Source of the DNA: an uncultured candidatus Porisulfidus sp. | Lineage (GTDB): Bacteria > Pseudomonadota > Gammaproteobacteria > Poriferisulfidales > Poriferisulfidaceae | Reading direction: 5' to 3' | Assembly (NCBI GenBank): GCA_965199755.1 | Contig: CBDASZ010000001.1 | Coordinates: 673,509-737,508, forward strand | DNA length: 64,000 nt | Notes under the pieces: model-generated | Databases searched by the model: none | Told to the model about the DNA's origin: nothing | What the model saw: only the letters and a program-made list of their open reading frames with translations | Program-made: the position numbers and the translations under genes | Part shown: in pieces, positions 27,409-37,124 of the stretch | Position numbering within the stretch: the stretch's first letter is position 1 | How the letters are laid out: every line of letters begins with the position of its first letter

Positions 27409-29262
27409 ATGGAAACGTTTCCTTCGTTATTGCTGAATCTGGCCAAGAGTGACCCGAAGCGGGTGTTCATCCGCAGCAAGAAGTTTGGCGTCTGGGGCGC
27501 TACCACGCGAGGCGAGGCGCTGGACAGCATTTCCATAATGGCGCAAGCCCTGGAGGGGCGCGGCCTGAAAGCAGGGGACCGCTTTGGCGTATTTGGCCCG
27601 AACAGCGACCAGATGTACTTGGGCTATCTGGCGGCGCAAAGTCTGGGCGCGATCCCGGTGCCGATAAGCAACAGTGCGTACGGCGAGAGTCTGAGAGAAG
27701 TCATTGATGGTGCCGGCGTAACGAAAGTGCTGGCGATGGAGCAGCAACATGTGGATGCCTTGCTTGAATGCGGGCAGCAGTCTGTGCAGGAAATCATTTA
27801 CATCAGTGCCCGCGGTCTGGCCAACTATGATCAGCCGGAACTGGTGTGGCTGGACACGGCAATCGAAGGCATCAGTCCCGATGCGGCAAAACTGCAAGGC
27901 TGGATCAATCAACGCAATCCGGGTGACACAGCGGTGATCGTCATGAGTTCCGGGACGACCGCGGCGGCGCAAATGGTCGAATTATCTCACCGCGCCGTCA
28001 TCAGCACCGCGCAAGCAGTGGCTTCCCGCTGCAATGTGACTTCCTCCGATGAATTAATGGCCTATCTTCCGCTCGGCTTTTCTAACGATTTTCTTTTTTC
28101 CTATTCTCTGGCGCTGGTCACAGGCTGTAGCATGAACTGTCCTGAAGGCGACGACACGGTTTTAGGGAACCTGCAAGAGATTGGCCCGACTATTCTGTTT
28201 GGGCCGGCATATGTCTACAAGTACATTTACGCGCATGCGGCCAACCGGGTCGAGAGCCTGGCCGACCTCAGCGCACGCACATTCCGGTGGGCTTTGCGCA
28301 GTGCGATGAAGGTCGCGGAGACTTGGGCGCGAGGAGACAAGCCGTCGCTGCTGGCGATGCTGAAGCGTTATCTGGGCCTGATCTTGATATTCCGTCCCTA
28401 CCTCAATGTTTATGGCCTGAGCCGGATACGCATTGCGCTGTCAGGTGGCACCGGAGTGCCTGCCGAGGTGATGAAGTTCTATCAAGCCATCGGCGTGGAT
28501 TTGCGTGAGACTTACGGCCTGGTGGAAGGCAGCGGCTGTCTAACCATGCAGGGTCCGAAGGACTGGGTCGATGACTGCATGGGACAGCCTCTTGATGGGG
28601 TGCAACTGGAACTTCGCGACGGTGAAGTGTGGTTTCGCAGCCCCGGACAGATGAAAGGAGTCTACAATGCCCCCGATGCCACGGCGGAGCAGACGGTGGA
28701 TGGCTGGACTCGTACCTACGATGCGGGCGTCGTTGACGATGTAGGGCGGTTGCATTTGCGCGGACGAACCCAGCGCATGACGCAATTTGATGGCACAGAC
28801 TTTTCTGCGGACTTTATGGAGTCGTTGCTGAAATCTTCAAAATATATTCGCCAGGCCGCCGTGTTTGGACAAAATCGGGACTATCCGGTCGCGATTATTG
28901 CCATTGACGGCAATATCGCGCGCACCTGGGCGGATCGCAACAATCTGCGCTACACCGGATACTCCGAACTTTCAGCGCACGAAGAAGTGCAAAGCATGGT
29001 GCGTGATCAGTTACAGGAAATCAATCAGAGAGTGGCAGACAACCCTAATCTGCCGGCTAGCCCTGTGAAGCGCTTCGCGCTGCTCAATCGGGCCTTTATG
29101 GCCTCGCAAGGCGAGGTGACGGAGACCCGCAAAGTACGCTGGGATGTCTTCGCCAAACGTCATACGGGTTTGCTTGAGGCACTGTATGGCGGCGCGACGG
29201 AGTACAACTACACGGACCCCGCTGACGGACATTCCTACACCCTGCAACTCGGAGATGTGTGA
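27409..29262 (+). CDS. AMP-dependent acyl-CoA synthetase/ligase (FadD-like), 617 aa
   Basis: AMP-binding signature VMSSGTTAAAQM (S/T-rich P-loop) and downstream ETYGLVEG motif. Confidence 0.8.
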   Translation: METFPSLLLNLAKSDPKRVFIRSKKFGVWGATTRGEALDSISIMAQALEGRGLKAGDRFGVFGPNSDQMYLGYLAAQSLGAIPVPISNSAYGESLREVIDGAGVTKVLAMEQQHVDALLECGQQSVQEIIYISARGLANYDQPELVWLDTAIEGISPDAAKLQGWINQRNPGDTAVIVMSSGTTAAAQMVELSHRAVISTAQAVASRCNVTSSDELMAYLPLGFSNDFLFSYSLALVTGCSMNCPEGDDTVLGNLQEIGPTILFGPAYVYKYIYAHAANRVESLADLSARTFRWALRSAMKVAETWARGDKPSLLAMLKRYLGLILIFRPYLNVYGLSRIRIALSGGTGVPAEVMKFYQAIGVDLRETYGLVEGSGCLTMQGPKDWVDDCMGQPLDGVQLELRDGEVWFRSPGQMKGVYNAPDATAEQTVDGWTRTYDAGVVDDVGRLHLRGRTQRMTQFDGTDFSADFMESLLKSSKYIRQAAVFGQNRDYPVAIIAIDGNIARTWADRNNLRYTGYSELSAHEEVQSMVRDQLQEINQRVADNPNLPASPVKRFALLNRAFMASQGEVTETRKVRWDVFAKRHTGLLEALYGGATEYNYTDPADGHSYTLQLGDV

Positions 29263-30041
29263 CGATGGAAACCGGGCATTCGATTCTGCAGGTTGAAGAC
29301 ATCACCTTGGCCTTTGGGGGCGTCACCGCGCTCAACGGCATCAGCTTCAATGTTGAGCAAGGCGAAATCTGCGCAGTGATCGGGCCTAACGGTGCCGGCA
29401 AGTCGTCAATGCTGAACGTCATCAATGGCGTCTATCGGCCGCAGAAGGGGGAAGTGATCTTCAAGGGTCAATCGTGCACCCGGATGCGTCCGCGGCAAAT
29501 TGCGCTGCTCGGCATGGCGCGAACCTTCCAGAACATCGCTTTGTTCCAGGGCATGACGGTACTCGACAACATCCTCACTGGACGCAGCCTGAAGATTCGC
29601 TCGACGTGGGTCGAGCAGGGACTGAACATTGGTCGTGCCCGTCGCGAGGAAGTGGAGAACCGCAAAGCGGCCGAACAGGTGATCGAGTTTCTGCACCTGC
29701 AGAATATTCGCAAGACTCCGGTGGGCAAATTGCCTTATGGCCTGCAAAAGCGTGTCGAGTTGGCGCGTGCGCTGGTGGCGGAACCGTCCTTGTTGCTACA
29801 GGATGAGCCGATGACCGGTATGAACCTGGAAGAGAAGAAAGACATGTCTTGTTTCGCGCTCGAAATCAACCGTGAGTTTGGCACCACCATCGTGCTGATT
29901 GAGCATGACATGAGTGTGGTGATGGACATTTCGGATCACGTGGTGGTGCTGGACTATGGCGCGAAAATTGGTGATGGCACCCCGGACGATGTGAAAAACA
30001 ACCAGCAAGTAATTGATGCCTATCTGGGCGTGAGCCGCTGA
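29259..30041 (+). CDS. ABC transporter ATP-binding protein (LivG-like)
   Basis: Walker A GPNGAGKSS, LivG-type branched-chain ATPase domain; 4-nt overlap with the ligase gene. Confidence 0.85.
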   Translation: MTMETGHSILQVEDITLAFGGVTALNGISFNVEQGEICAVIGPNGAGKSSMLNVINGVYRPQKGEVIFKGQSCTRMRPRQIALLGMARTFQNIALFQGMTVLDNILTGRSLKIRSTWVEQGLNIGRARREEVENRKAAEQVIEFLHLQNIRKTPVGKLPYGLQKRVELARALVAEPSLLLQDEPMTGMNLEEKKDMSCFALEINREFGTTIVLIEHDMSVVMDISDHVVVLDYGAKIGDGTPDDVKNNQQVIDAYLGVSR

Positions 30042-30052
30042 GGACGAAAACA

Positions 30053-31000
30053 ATGGACATGGCATTTGACTGGGTTTTCTTTATTGAGATTATTGTCGGT
30101 GGACTGATGTCCGGCGTCATGTACTCGCTGGTGGCGATTGGCTTTGTCTTGATCTACAAATCCTCCGGGATCTTCAACTTCGCACAAGGCACGATGCTGC
30201 TGTTCGCGGCGCTGACCTTTGTCAAGTTGACGGAAGGCGGGGTGAACTTCTGGGTCGCGCTGTTGGTGACCATGGCCACCATGGTGGTGTTCGGTATTCT
30301 GGTCGAGCGCTTCATGATGCGCCCGCTGGCTAACCAGTCGCTGCTGTCGCTGTTTATGGCGACGGTGGGTCTGGCGACGCTGATTGAGGGAATGTCCCAG
30401 TACGTTTGGGATTCCGCGATTCACGGCTTGCAGCTGGCGAATTTCCTGGACCTCGCCTTGCTGGATCCGGTCAACATGACAGTCTTTGTGGTCGACTACA
30501 TCAGTTGGCTGGATATTCTGATTTCCAAGTTTGATGTGTTCGCCTCCATTGTGGCGGGTGCCATGATTCTGATTCTGGCGGTGTTCTTCCAGAAGACCCA
30601 GACCGGTATGTCACTGCGCGCGGTATCGGACGACCATCTGGCCGCCATGGCAGTGGGTATTCCGCTGTCGAAGGTATGGGCGCTGGTATGGGCGGTGACC
30701 GGCATCATTGCGCTGATCGCCGGCCTGCTTTGGGCCGAGCGCGTCAGTGTCTCTTTTACGCTGGTTGAGGCGGTGCTCAAAGCATTGCCGGTGATCCTGA
30801 TTGGCGGCTTGACGTCGATCCCAGGTGCCATTGTTGGCGGACTGGTGATCGGAGTAGGTGAGAAACTGGGTGAGATTTATCTCGGAGACCTACTCGGCGT
30901 GCAGGGCATCGAGGGTTGGTTCTCTTATTTCATTGCACTGATCTTCCTGCTGTTCCGACCTTCAGGAATATTTGGCCTGAAAGGCATTGAGAGGGTGTAG
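30053..31000 (+). CDS. ABC transporter permease (LivH-like)
   Basis: 315-aa polytopic membrane protein, branched-chain amino acid permease family. Confidence 0.85.
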   Translation: MDMAFDWVFFIEIIVGGLMSGVMYSLVAIGFVLIYKSSGIFNFAQGTMLLFAALTFVKLTEGGVNFWVALLVTMATMVVFGILVERFMMRPLANQSLLSLFMATVGLATLIEGMSQYVWDSAIHGLQLANFLDLALLDPVNMTVFVVDYISWLDILISKFDVFASIVAGAMILILAVFFQKTQTGMSLRAVSDDHLAAMAVGIPLSKVWALVWAVTGIIALIAGLLWAERVSVSFTLVEAVLKALPVILIGGLTSIPGAIVGGLVIGVGEKLGEIYLGDLLGVQGIEGWFSYFIALIFLLFRPSGIFGLKGIERV

Positions 31001-31002
31001 TC

Positions 31003-32097
31003 ATGTTTTATCGCGAAACAGGAACCTTCGCCACCAACTATCTTGAGGATCGGAAACTATTCCCGATTCCGTTCGACAAATGGGCCATGCTCGTCTTCGT
31101 GGCGTTCATGGTGTTCGTCATTCCATTTATCGCCAGCGACTATTGGCTTGCCGCTCACCTGATTCCGATCATGGCGTTCGGTTGTGCGGCGCTGGGCCTG
31201 AACATTCTCACCGGCATGACCGGACAGTTGTCGCTTGGTACAGCCGGCTTCATGTGCTTTGGCGCATTCTTCACGTTCAACATCATGCTGCGTTTCCCGG
31301 ATGGCTGGATGAGCTTGCCGGTGGCCATGATGCTGGGTGGACTTGGAACGGGTCTGGTCGGATTGGTGTTTGGCTTGCCAAGCATCCGCATTAAAGGCTT
31401 CTACCTGCTGGTGTCCACACTGGCGGCGCAGTATTTCGCGCTGTGGTTCTTCCGTTCGTATCCGTACTTCCTGAACTATGCCACGGCCACCGTGACCTTG
31501 CCGGATCATCACTTTGACTATCTGTGGATTGGTGAGACCTTCGGGGTGGACATGGCAAGTTTTGAAGCCAAGTATCTGCTGTCGTTCGGCATCGTTGCCG
31601 CGTTCGCGCTATTCGCCAAGAATCTGCTGCGAAGTTCGACGGGACGAAACTTTATGGCTGTGCGCGATATGGATATTGCGGCCAGCGTGATCGGCATTCC
31701 GGTAGTGCGCACCAAGATGCTGGCGTTCTTCATTAGTTGTTTCTACTGTGGCGTGGGCGGAGCATTGTTCTGCTACACCTACCTGCAGGTGCTCGGCATT
31801 CGCACCTTTGAGATGAACCGCTCCTTCACGGTGCTGTTTATGGTGATCATCGGCGGTTTGGGCTCTATTGCCGGATCGTTCTACGGCACCATACTGGTGT
31901 ATGAGTTCCCGATTTTCTTCTCCTGGATTGGAGATTATGTGTTCGCCGGAGCCTTCGATACTGCGGTGGTGCAGAACGTGGCGAAAATCTTATACGGCAT
32001 CCTGATCATTGCGCTGCTGATTCGTGAGCCCGGTGGTCTGGCTGCTTTGTGGCAGAATATTAAGGAAAGATTGCGGATATGGCCATTCCCGAACTGA
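31003..32097 (+). CDS. ABC transporter permease (LivM-like)
   Basis: 364-aa polytopic membrane protein starting 3 nt after the LivH-like gene. Confidence 0.85.
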   Translation: MFYRETGTFATNYLEDRKLFPIPFDKWAMLVFVAFMVFVIPFIASDYWLAAHLIPIMAFGCAALGLNILTGMTGQLSLGTAGFMCFGAFFTFNIMLRFPDGWMSLPVAMMLGGLGTGLVGLVFGLPSIRIKGFYLLVSTLAAQYFALWFFRSYPYFLNYATATVTLPDHHFDYLWIGETFGVDMASFEAKYLLSFGIVAAFALFAKNLLRSSTGRNFMAVRDMDIAASVIGIPVVRTKMLAFFISCFYCGVGGALFCYTYLQVLGIRTFEMNRSFTVLFMVIIGGLGSIAGSFYGTILVYEFPIFFSWIGDYVFAGAFDTAVVQNVAKILYGILIIALLIREPGGLAALWQNIKERLRIWPFPN

Positions 32098-32183
32098 TCG
32101 AGATGGCGCATCCAGAATTGGAAAGTGTGCTCTTTGGAGCGGACATTTCGAGAGTACGCGAGGGGGCGGCAATTCGAGCAACT

Positions 32184-32212
32184 TGCTTAAATGCCGCTTT
32201 CCGTGTAAAAAT
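32184..32212 (+). promoter_or_regulatory. Putative sigma70-type promoter upstream of the binding-protein gene
   Basis: TTGCTT, then a 16-17 nt spacer, then TAAAAAT (TGn-extended -10-like), about 65 nt upstream of ATG 32277; judged by eye only. Confidence 0.2.
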
Positions 32213-32276
32213 GCTTGCTGGTAAAAGCAGTTAACTGCAAGCAAAAACCAAAAGCCTCAAATTAGGAGGGCAATTT

Positions 32277-33626
32277 ATGAAAACTAAACTTTGGGTAACA
32301 GGTCTCGCAATGGCTGTCGCCATGTCTGCGACCGGACCTGTGGTAGCCGGGGAAGGGGATGTCTACATCCCGATGCCGGTTTATCGCATTGGCCCGTACG
32401 CAACCGGCGGCACCGGCTACTTCGGCGGTATCATCGATTATTACAATCTGATGAACATGACTGAAGGCGGCGTTGGTGGTAGAAATATTATCTGGAATGA
32501 GTGCGAAACCCAATACAACGACCAGCAGGGCGTTGAGTGTTACCACCGGATGAAGGAATATGAGGGCAACCAGGCGTTGTTCTTTGATCCTCTGTCCGTG
32601 GGTATCTCCACCTCTCTGGTTGCACAGGGACGCAAGGATAAAATTTCCATTATCGCTGTAAACCATGGCCGGACCGAAGGCCAGCGTGGCGACGTCTTCC
32701 CGTACTACTTCATGCCTGGCATCAATACGTATGACGAGCATTCCATCATCACGGCTTACATCGGCCAGATGGAAGGCGGCATGGAGAATCTGGCGGGCAA
32801 GAAGATCGTCTTGCTGTTCCACGGTTCCACCTATGGCCGTGAAGCGGTTGATTTCACGCACATGCTGTGCGAGAAACATGGCTGCACCTCGGAAGCAATC
32901 GAGGTTCCTCACCCGGGCAACGAGCAGACTTCTCAGTGGCTGAAAATCCGCCGCTTTAAGCCTGACTATGTTGTACTCCGCGGCTGGGGTGTCATGAATC
33001 CGGTGGCTATGCAGACTGGTGTCCGCATGGGTTTCCCGATTAGTAACCTGATCGGCAACATCTGGAGCAATGACGATGGCGACGTGAAGCCGGCTGGTTC
33101 TTCAGCCAATGGCTATCAGGCCATCACCACGCACCCGACGGGTCGTGTGGCTCCGGTGATCGATTCGATCGTTGAAAAAGTCTACGGCGCTGGCAAAGGC
33201 GACCTGCAGGACAAGTCCCGTATTGGTTCCAACTACTGGAACCTGGGCGTGATGGCTGGTGTCATCCACTTGGAAGCAGTTCGTGTTGCACAGAACCGCT
33301 TTGGTCCTGATGTGAACTCCTCACAGGTCCGCTGGGGTTTTGAAAACCTGAATCTGGATACCGCACGTCTGGCTGAGCTGGGCGCAAACGGTCTGGTTCC
33401 GGAAATCAAGACCAACTGCATGGACCACGTGGGTGGCCACCAGGCTAAATTCATCCAGTGGAATTACGGCGCCACTCAGTGGGAAGTCGTAACCGACTGG
33501 ATTGACGGTGACGTTGAGTTGTCCCAGTCCATCATTGATGCGAAGGCTGCAAATGCCATCGAGAATGAAGGGATCACCCCGCGTGACTGCAACGACGAGA
33601 ACGATCGCGATAACTTTGATGTCTGA
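32277..33626 (+). CDS. Periplasmic substrate-binding protein of the Liv-type ABC transporter (type I PBP), 449 aa
   Basis: Signal peptide MKTKLWVTGLAMAVAMSATGPVVAG; AGGAGGG ribosome-binding site; lies between the permease and the second ATPase. Confidence 0.8.
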   Translation: MKTKLWVTGLAMAVAMSATGPVVAGEGDVYIPMPVYRIGPYATGGTGYFGGIIDYYNLMNMTEGGVGGRNIIWNECETQYNDQQGVECYHRMKEYEGNQALFFDPLSVGISTSLVAQGRKDKISIIAVNHGRTEGQRGDVFPYYFMPGINTYDEHSIITAYIGQMEGGMENLAGKKIVLLFHGSTYGREAVDFTHMLCEKHGCTSEAIEVPHPGNEQTSQWLKIRRFKPDYVVLRGWGVMNPVAMQTGVRMGFPISNLIGNIWSNDDGDVKPAGSSANGYQAITTHPTGRVAPVIDSIVEKVYGAGKGDLQDKSRIGSNYWNLGVMAGVIHLEAVRVAQNRFGPDVNSSQVRWGFENLNLDTARLAELGANGLVPEIKTNCMDHVGGHQAKFIQWNYGATQWEVVTDWIDGDVELSQSIIDAKAANAIENEGITPRDCNDENDRDNFDV

Positions 33627-33660
33627 CATCATTGCGATTTCTAGTTGAAAGCAAAGAGAT

Positions 33661-33694
33661 GGCGGGAGCGATTATGCTCCCGCCTGATCTTTAT
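33661..33694 (+). terminator. Intrinsic terminator/attenuator after the binding-protein gene
   Basis: Perfect 9-bp stem GGCGGGAGC-gattat-GCTCCCGCC followed by TGATCTTTAT. Confidence 0.5.
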
Positions 33695-33765
33695 AAAAAC
33701 CGAAGGCCGCAGGGTCGCCAAGCGTTTGTCCGCTTCGCCACCGTTCGGTCATCACCTGACAAACG

Positions 33766-34569
33766 ATGAGTACACCACTCCTTTCGATCAATAACATCGA
33801 AGTTACCTACAATCGTGTAGTTCTTGCCTTGCGCGGCATCAGCCTGCAAGTCATGGAAGGCGAGATTGTGTCCTTGCTCGGTGCCAATGGCGCGGGCAAG
33901 ACGACCACACTCAAGGCATGCTCAAATCTTCTGCATGCTGAACGCGGCCAGGTGACCAAAGGATCAATCGAATTCATGGGCGGCGACACCCATGACATGA
34001 GTGCTTACGACATGGTCAAGCACGGAGTCTCACAGGTGTTGGAAGGGCGGCACTGTTTCGCACACTTGACGGTGGAGGAGAACCTGATGACAGGGTCTTT
34101 CATTCGTGACAACCGTAGCGATGCAAAGAAGGACCTGGAGTTGGTGTATGAGTATTTCCCGCGGATCAAGGTGCGTCGTAAAAGTCAGGCAGGATTCACG
34201 TCTGGTGGTGAGCAGCAGATGATCGCGATTGGCCGCGCGCTGATGTCGCGCCCGAAACTGGTGTTGCTTGACGAACCGTCCATGGGCATTGCGCCGCAGT
34301 TGGTGGAAGAGGTTTTCGAGATTGTGAAAAGCCTCAATGAAAAAGAAGGCGTGAGTTTCCTCGTGGCTGAGCAGAACGCCATGATTGCGCTGCGCTATGC
34401 GACCAAGGGCTATGTGGTGGAGAATGGCCGTGTGATGCTTCGCGGCAGCGCGGAAGACCTGCTGGGCCGCTCCGATGTCAAGGAGCTTTATCTGGGAACC
34501 GATGTTGAAGGTCGCGGCACGTTTCGCGATGTCAAACACTATCACCGCCGCCGTCCGTCATTTGCGTGA
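33766..34569 (+). CDS. ABC transporter ATP-binding protein (LivF-like)
   Basis: Walker A GANGAGKTTTLK, LSGGEQQM signature, 267 aa. Confidence 0.85.
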   Translation: MSTPLLSINNIEVTYNRVVLALRGISLQVMEGEIVSLLGANGAGKTTTLKACSNLLHAERGQVTKGSIEFMGGDTHDMSAYDMVKHGVSQVLEGRHCFAHLTVEENLMTGSFIRDNRSDAKKDLELVYEYFPRIKVRRKSQAGFTSGGEQQMIAIGRALMSRPKLVLLDEPSMGIAPQLVEEVFEIVKSLNEKEGVSFLVAEQNAMIALRYATKGYVVENGRVMLRGSAEDLLGRSDVKELYLGTDVEGRGTFRDVKHYHRRRPSFA

Positions 34570-34767
34570 TTGCGCCGTGTGCTATAGTGCCGCCTGAAAT
34601 GACCCACATTCCCGCTTCACCTTTGATTTGCCGCACCCCCAAGCAGGGCGCGCAATCCTTCTCCTTTGGCACCTCCCTCCTGCCGCTCTTCGCGGCATAA
34701 AGATACTTCAACCCTGTGTGGCGCACGATAAAACGCCAAAAACAAAACCCCAAATTTAGTTAGTCAG

Positions 34768-34788
34768 GTTTCCTGCGGGAAACTTTCT
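34768..34788 (+). promoter_or_regulatory. Short hairpin plus T-tract 18 nt upstream of leuA, a candidate attenuator
   Basis: GTTTCC-tgcg-GGAAAC followed by TTTCT; a 33-aa upstream ORF (34599-34700) ends with SLLPLFAA. Confidence 0.3.
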
Positions 34789-34805
34789 ACAGAGAATATC
34801 CTGAA

Positions 34806-36341
34806 ATGGACAAGTTGAAGATCTTTGATACGACGTTGCGAGATGGTGAGCAGAGTCCTGGCGCGTCGATGACGCGCGAGGAAAAGCTGAGCATCGCGCG
34901 CGCCCTTGAAAAAATGCGTGTGGACATCATCGAGGCAGGCTTTCCGATCGCCAGTCCTGATGAATTTGAGTCAGTACGTCAGATCGCTTCGGCGATTCGA
35001 GAGAGCCGCGTGTGCGGACTGGCTCGTGCGCTGGATCGTGATATAGACCGTGCCGCGGAGGCGTTGCAGGAGGCTGAGCAACCGCGCATCCATACGTTTA
35101 TTGCGACGTCACCGATTCACATGGAGCAGAAACTGCGCATGAGCCCGGATGAGGTCGTTGAATCGGCGGTGGCAGCGGTACGCCGGGCGCGAGGCCACAC
35201 AGAGGACGTGGAGTTCTCTCCTGAGGATGCAGGACGCTCGGAAATGGACTTTCTGTGCCGGGTGATTGAGGCGGTGATTGAAGCCGGTGCACGCACCATC
35301 AATATCCCGGACACTGTGGGATACAGTTTGCCGACGCAATTCGGAGAGCGTATCGGGCAGTTGCTGGAACGCATTCCAAACTCCGACAAGGCCGTTTTCT
35401 CGGTACATTGCCACAACGATTTGGGATTGGCGGTGGCCAATTCACTGGCCGCGGTGCTGCATGGTGCGCGGCAGGTGGAATGCACCATAAACGGCTTGGG
35501 TGAGCGCGCTGGCAATGCGTCGCTGGAAGAAATCGTCATGGCGGTACGTACGCGCCAAGACACCTTCCAGTGCGATACCGAAATTGATACCACGCACATT
35601 GTGCCGACCTCGAAGCTGGTTTCCAGCATTACCGGTTTTCCGGTGCAGCCGAACAAGGCGATCGTGGGAGCCAATGCCTTCGCGCATGAGTCCGGTATTC
35701 ATCAGGACGGCGTACTGAAGTACCGCGAAACCTACGAGATCATGCGGGCGCAGGACGTCGGCTGGTCGGATAATCGCATTGTGCTGGGCAAACACTCTGG
35801 CCGCAGAGCGATCATGGATCGTGTGAGCCGGTTGGGACTGGAGGTCCCGGAAGAGGAAATGGATGAATTCTTCGCTCGGTTCAAGGAGTTGGCAGATCGC
35901 AAGCATCAGATCTTTGATGGTGATTTGCGGCGTCTAGTTGTGGACGAAGTTGAAAGTCGAGAGCCGGGAGCCTATCAGTTGATAGACCTGGAAGTGACTT
36001 CCAAGACGGGAACTACGCCGCTTGCGCACATTACGCTGGAGCATGAAGGAGAAACCTTTCATGCCGAGGCGGAAGGTGGCGGGCCGGTAGACGCATCGCT
36101 GCGGGCAATTGAGGAAATTGTGCGCTCGGAAGCGGAGCTGCAGTTGTACTCGGTCAATAACATCACTACGGGCACAGACGCACAGGGTGAAGTCACCGTG
36201 CGCCTGAGCAAAAACGGCGTGGTGGTCAACGGCCATGGCGCACATACGGATATTGTGATTGCGTCGGCCAAAGCCTATCTGGTTGCCGTCGGCAAACTGG
36301 ATCAGGAACCCACCATGCACCCGCAACTCGACCATATTTGA
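34806..36341 (+). CDS. leuA: 2-isopropylmalate synthase (LeuA long form; citramalate synthase not excluded)
   Basis: [17 protein letters not shown] catalytic motif, [17 protein letters not shown], and a C-terminal LeuA dimerisation/regulatory domain; 511 aa. Confidence 0.85.
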   Translation: MDKLKIFDTTLRDGEQSPGASMTREEKLSIARALEKMRVDIIEAGFPIASPDEFESVRQIASAIRESRVCGLARALDRDIDRAAEALQEAEQPRIHTFIATSPIHMEQKLRMSPDEVVESAVAAVRRARGHTEDVEFSPEDAGRSEMDFLCRVIEAVIEAGARTINIPDTVGYSLPTQFGERIGQLLERIPNSDKAVFSVHCHNDLGLAVANSLAAVLHGARQVECTINGLGERAGNASLEEIVMAVRTRQDTFQCDTEIDTTHIVPTSKLVSSITGFPVQPNKAIVGANAFAHESGIHQDGVLKYRETYEIMRAQDVGWSDNRIVLGKHSGRRAIMDRVSRLGLEVPEEEMDEFFARFKELADRKHQIFDGDLRRLVVDEVESREPGAYQLIDLEVTSKTGTTPLAHITLEHEGETFHAEAEGGGPVDASLRAIEEIVRSEAELQLYSVNNITTGTDAQGEVTVRLSKNGVVVNGHGAHTDIVIASAKAYLVAVGKLDQEPTMHPQLDHI

Positions 36342-37111
36342 TTGTTCGTATGCCGGAACAGAAAGCACCGCCGTCTGACGCTCACCTTGAAGCGATGGGC
36401 CTGCAACGCTGGCGTCCTCGCGCTACGGAAGCAGAGACAGAGGCAGAGCCACCCAGCGAACCGATGCCGGAGGCCGCAGTAGAGCCTGCTTCCGCCAACG
36501 GAGACAACGGACAGACGCTGACACTGGAGCCGGAAAAGGTCCAACGCCTGAAATGGCGACGTCTACGCCATGGTGTTTCGGAATGCACTCGCTGCGAGTT
36601 GTATCGCACGCGGACCAATACCGTGTTTGGCACAGGGGCCGAGAATGCGGATCTGATGCTGATCGGAGAAGCTCCAGGTGCGGATGAGGACGCGCAGGGC
36701 GAACCTTTTGTGGGCCGGGCCGGGTTGCTACTAAACAACATGCTGGGCGCGATCGGGATGCAGCGTGAAGAAGTCTTTATCGCGAATATCCTGAAATGCC
36801 GCCCGCCGGGGAATGAAAACCCCACCCCGGAACAGGCTGAAGAATGCCGAAGCCATCTTCAGGGGCAAATTGAGCTGGTTCAGCCGCGTGTGATCCTGAC
36901 TCTGGGGAGCATTGCAACGCAGAATCTGCTGGATGTGGAAACTCCGATAGGACAGTTGCGAGGGCAGGTCTATCCTCTGCCGGGCAGTGACATACAGGTA
37001 GTCGCGACGTATCACCCTGCTTATTTGCTGCGCAGTCCAAGAAAGAAAGCAAATGTTTTTGAAGATTTGTTGCTGATGCTGCAGGTGCTGGAACAAGGCA
37101 CACCCGGCTAA
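36338..37111 (+). CDS. Uracil-DNA glycosylase, family 4, with an N-terminal extension of about 70 aa rich in Pro/Glu/Ala
   Basis: Cxx[40 protein letters not shown] and HPAYLLR motifs typical of family-4 UDG; 4-nt overlap with the leuA stop. Confidence 0.8.
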   Translation: MIVRMPEQKAPPSDAHLEAMGLQRWRPRATEAETEAEPPSEPMPEAAVEPASANGDNGQTLTLEPEKVQRLKWRRLRHGVSECTRCELYRTRTNTVFGTGAENADLMLIGEAPGADEDAQGEPFVGRAGLLLNNMLGAIGMQREEVFIANILKCRPPGNENPTPEQAEECRSHLQGQIELVQPRVILTLGSIATQNLLDVETPIGQLRGQVYPLPGSDIQVVATYHPAYLLRSPRKKANVFEDLLLMLQVLEQGTPG

Positions 37112-37124
37112 CAAAAACTTTTAT

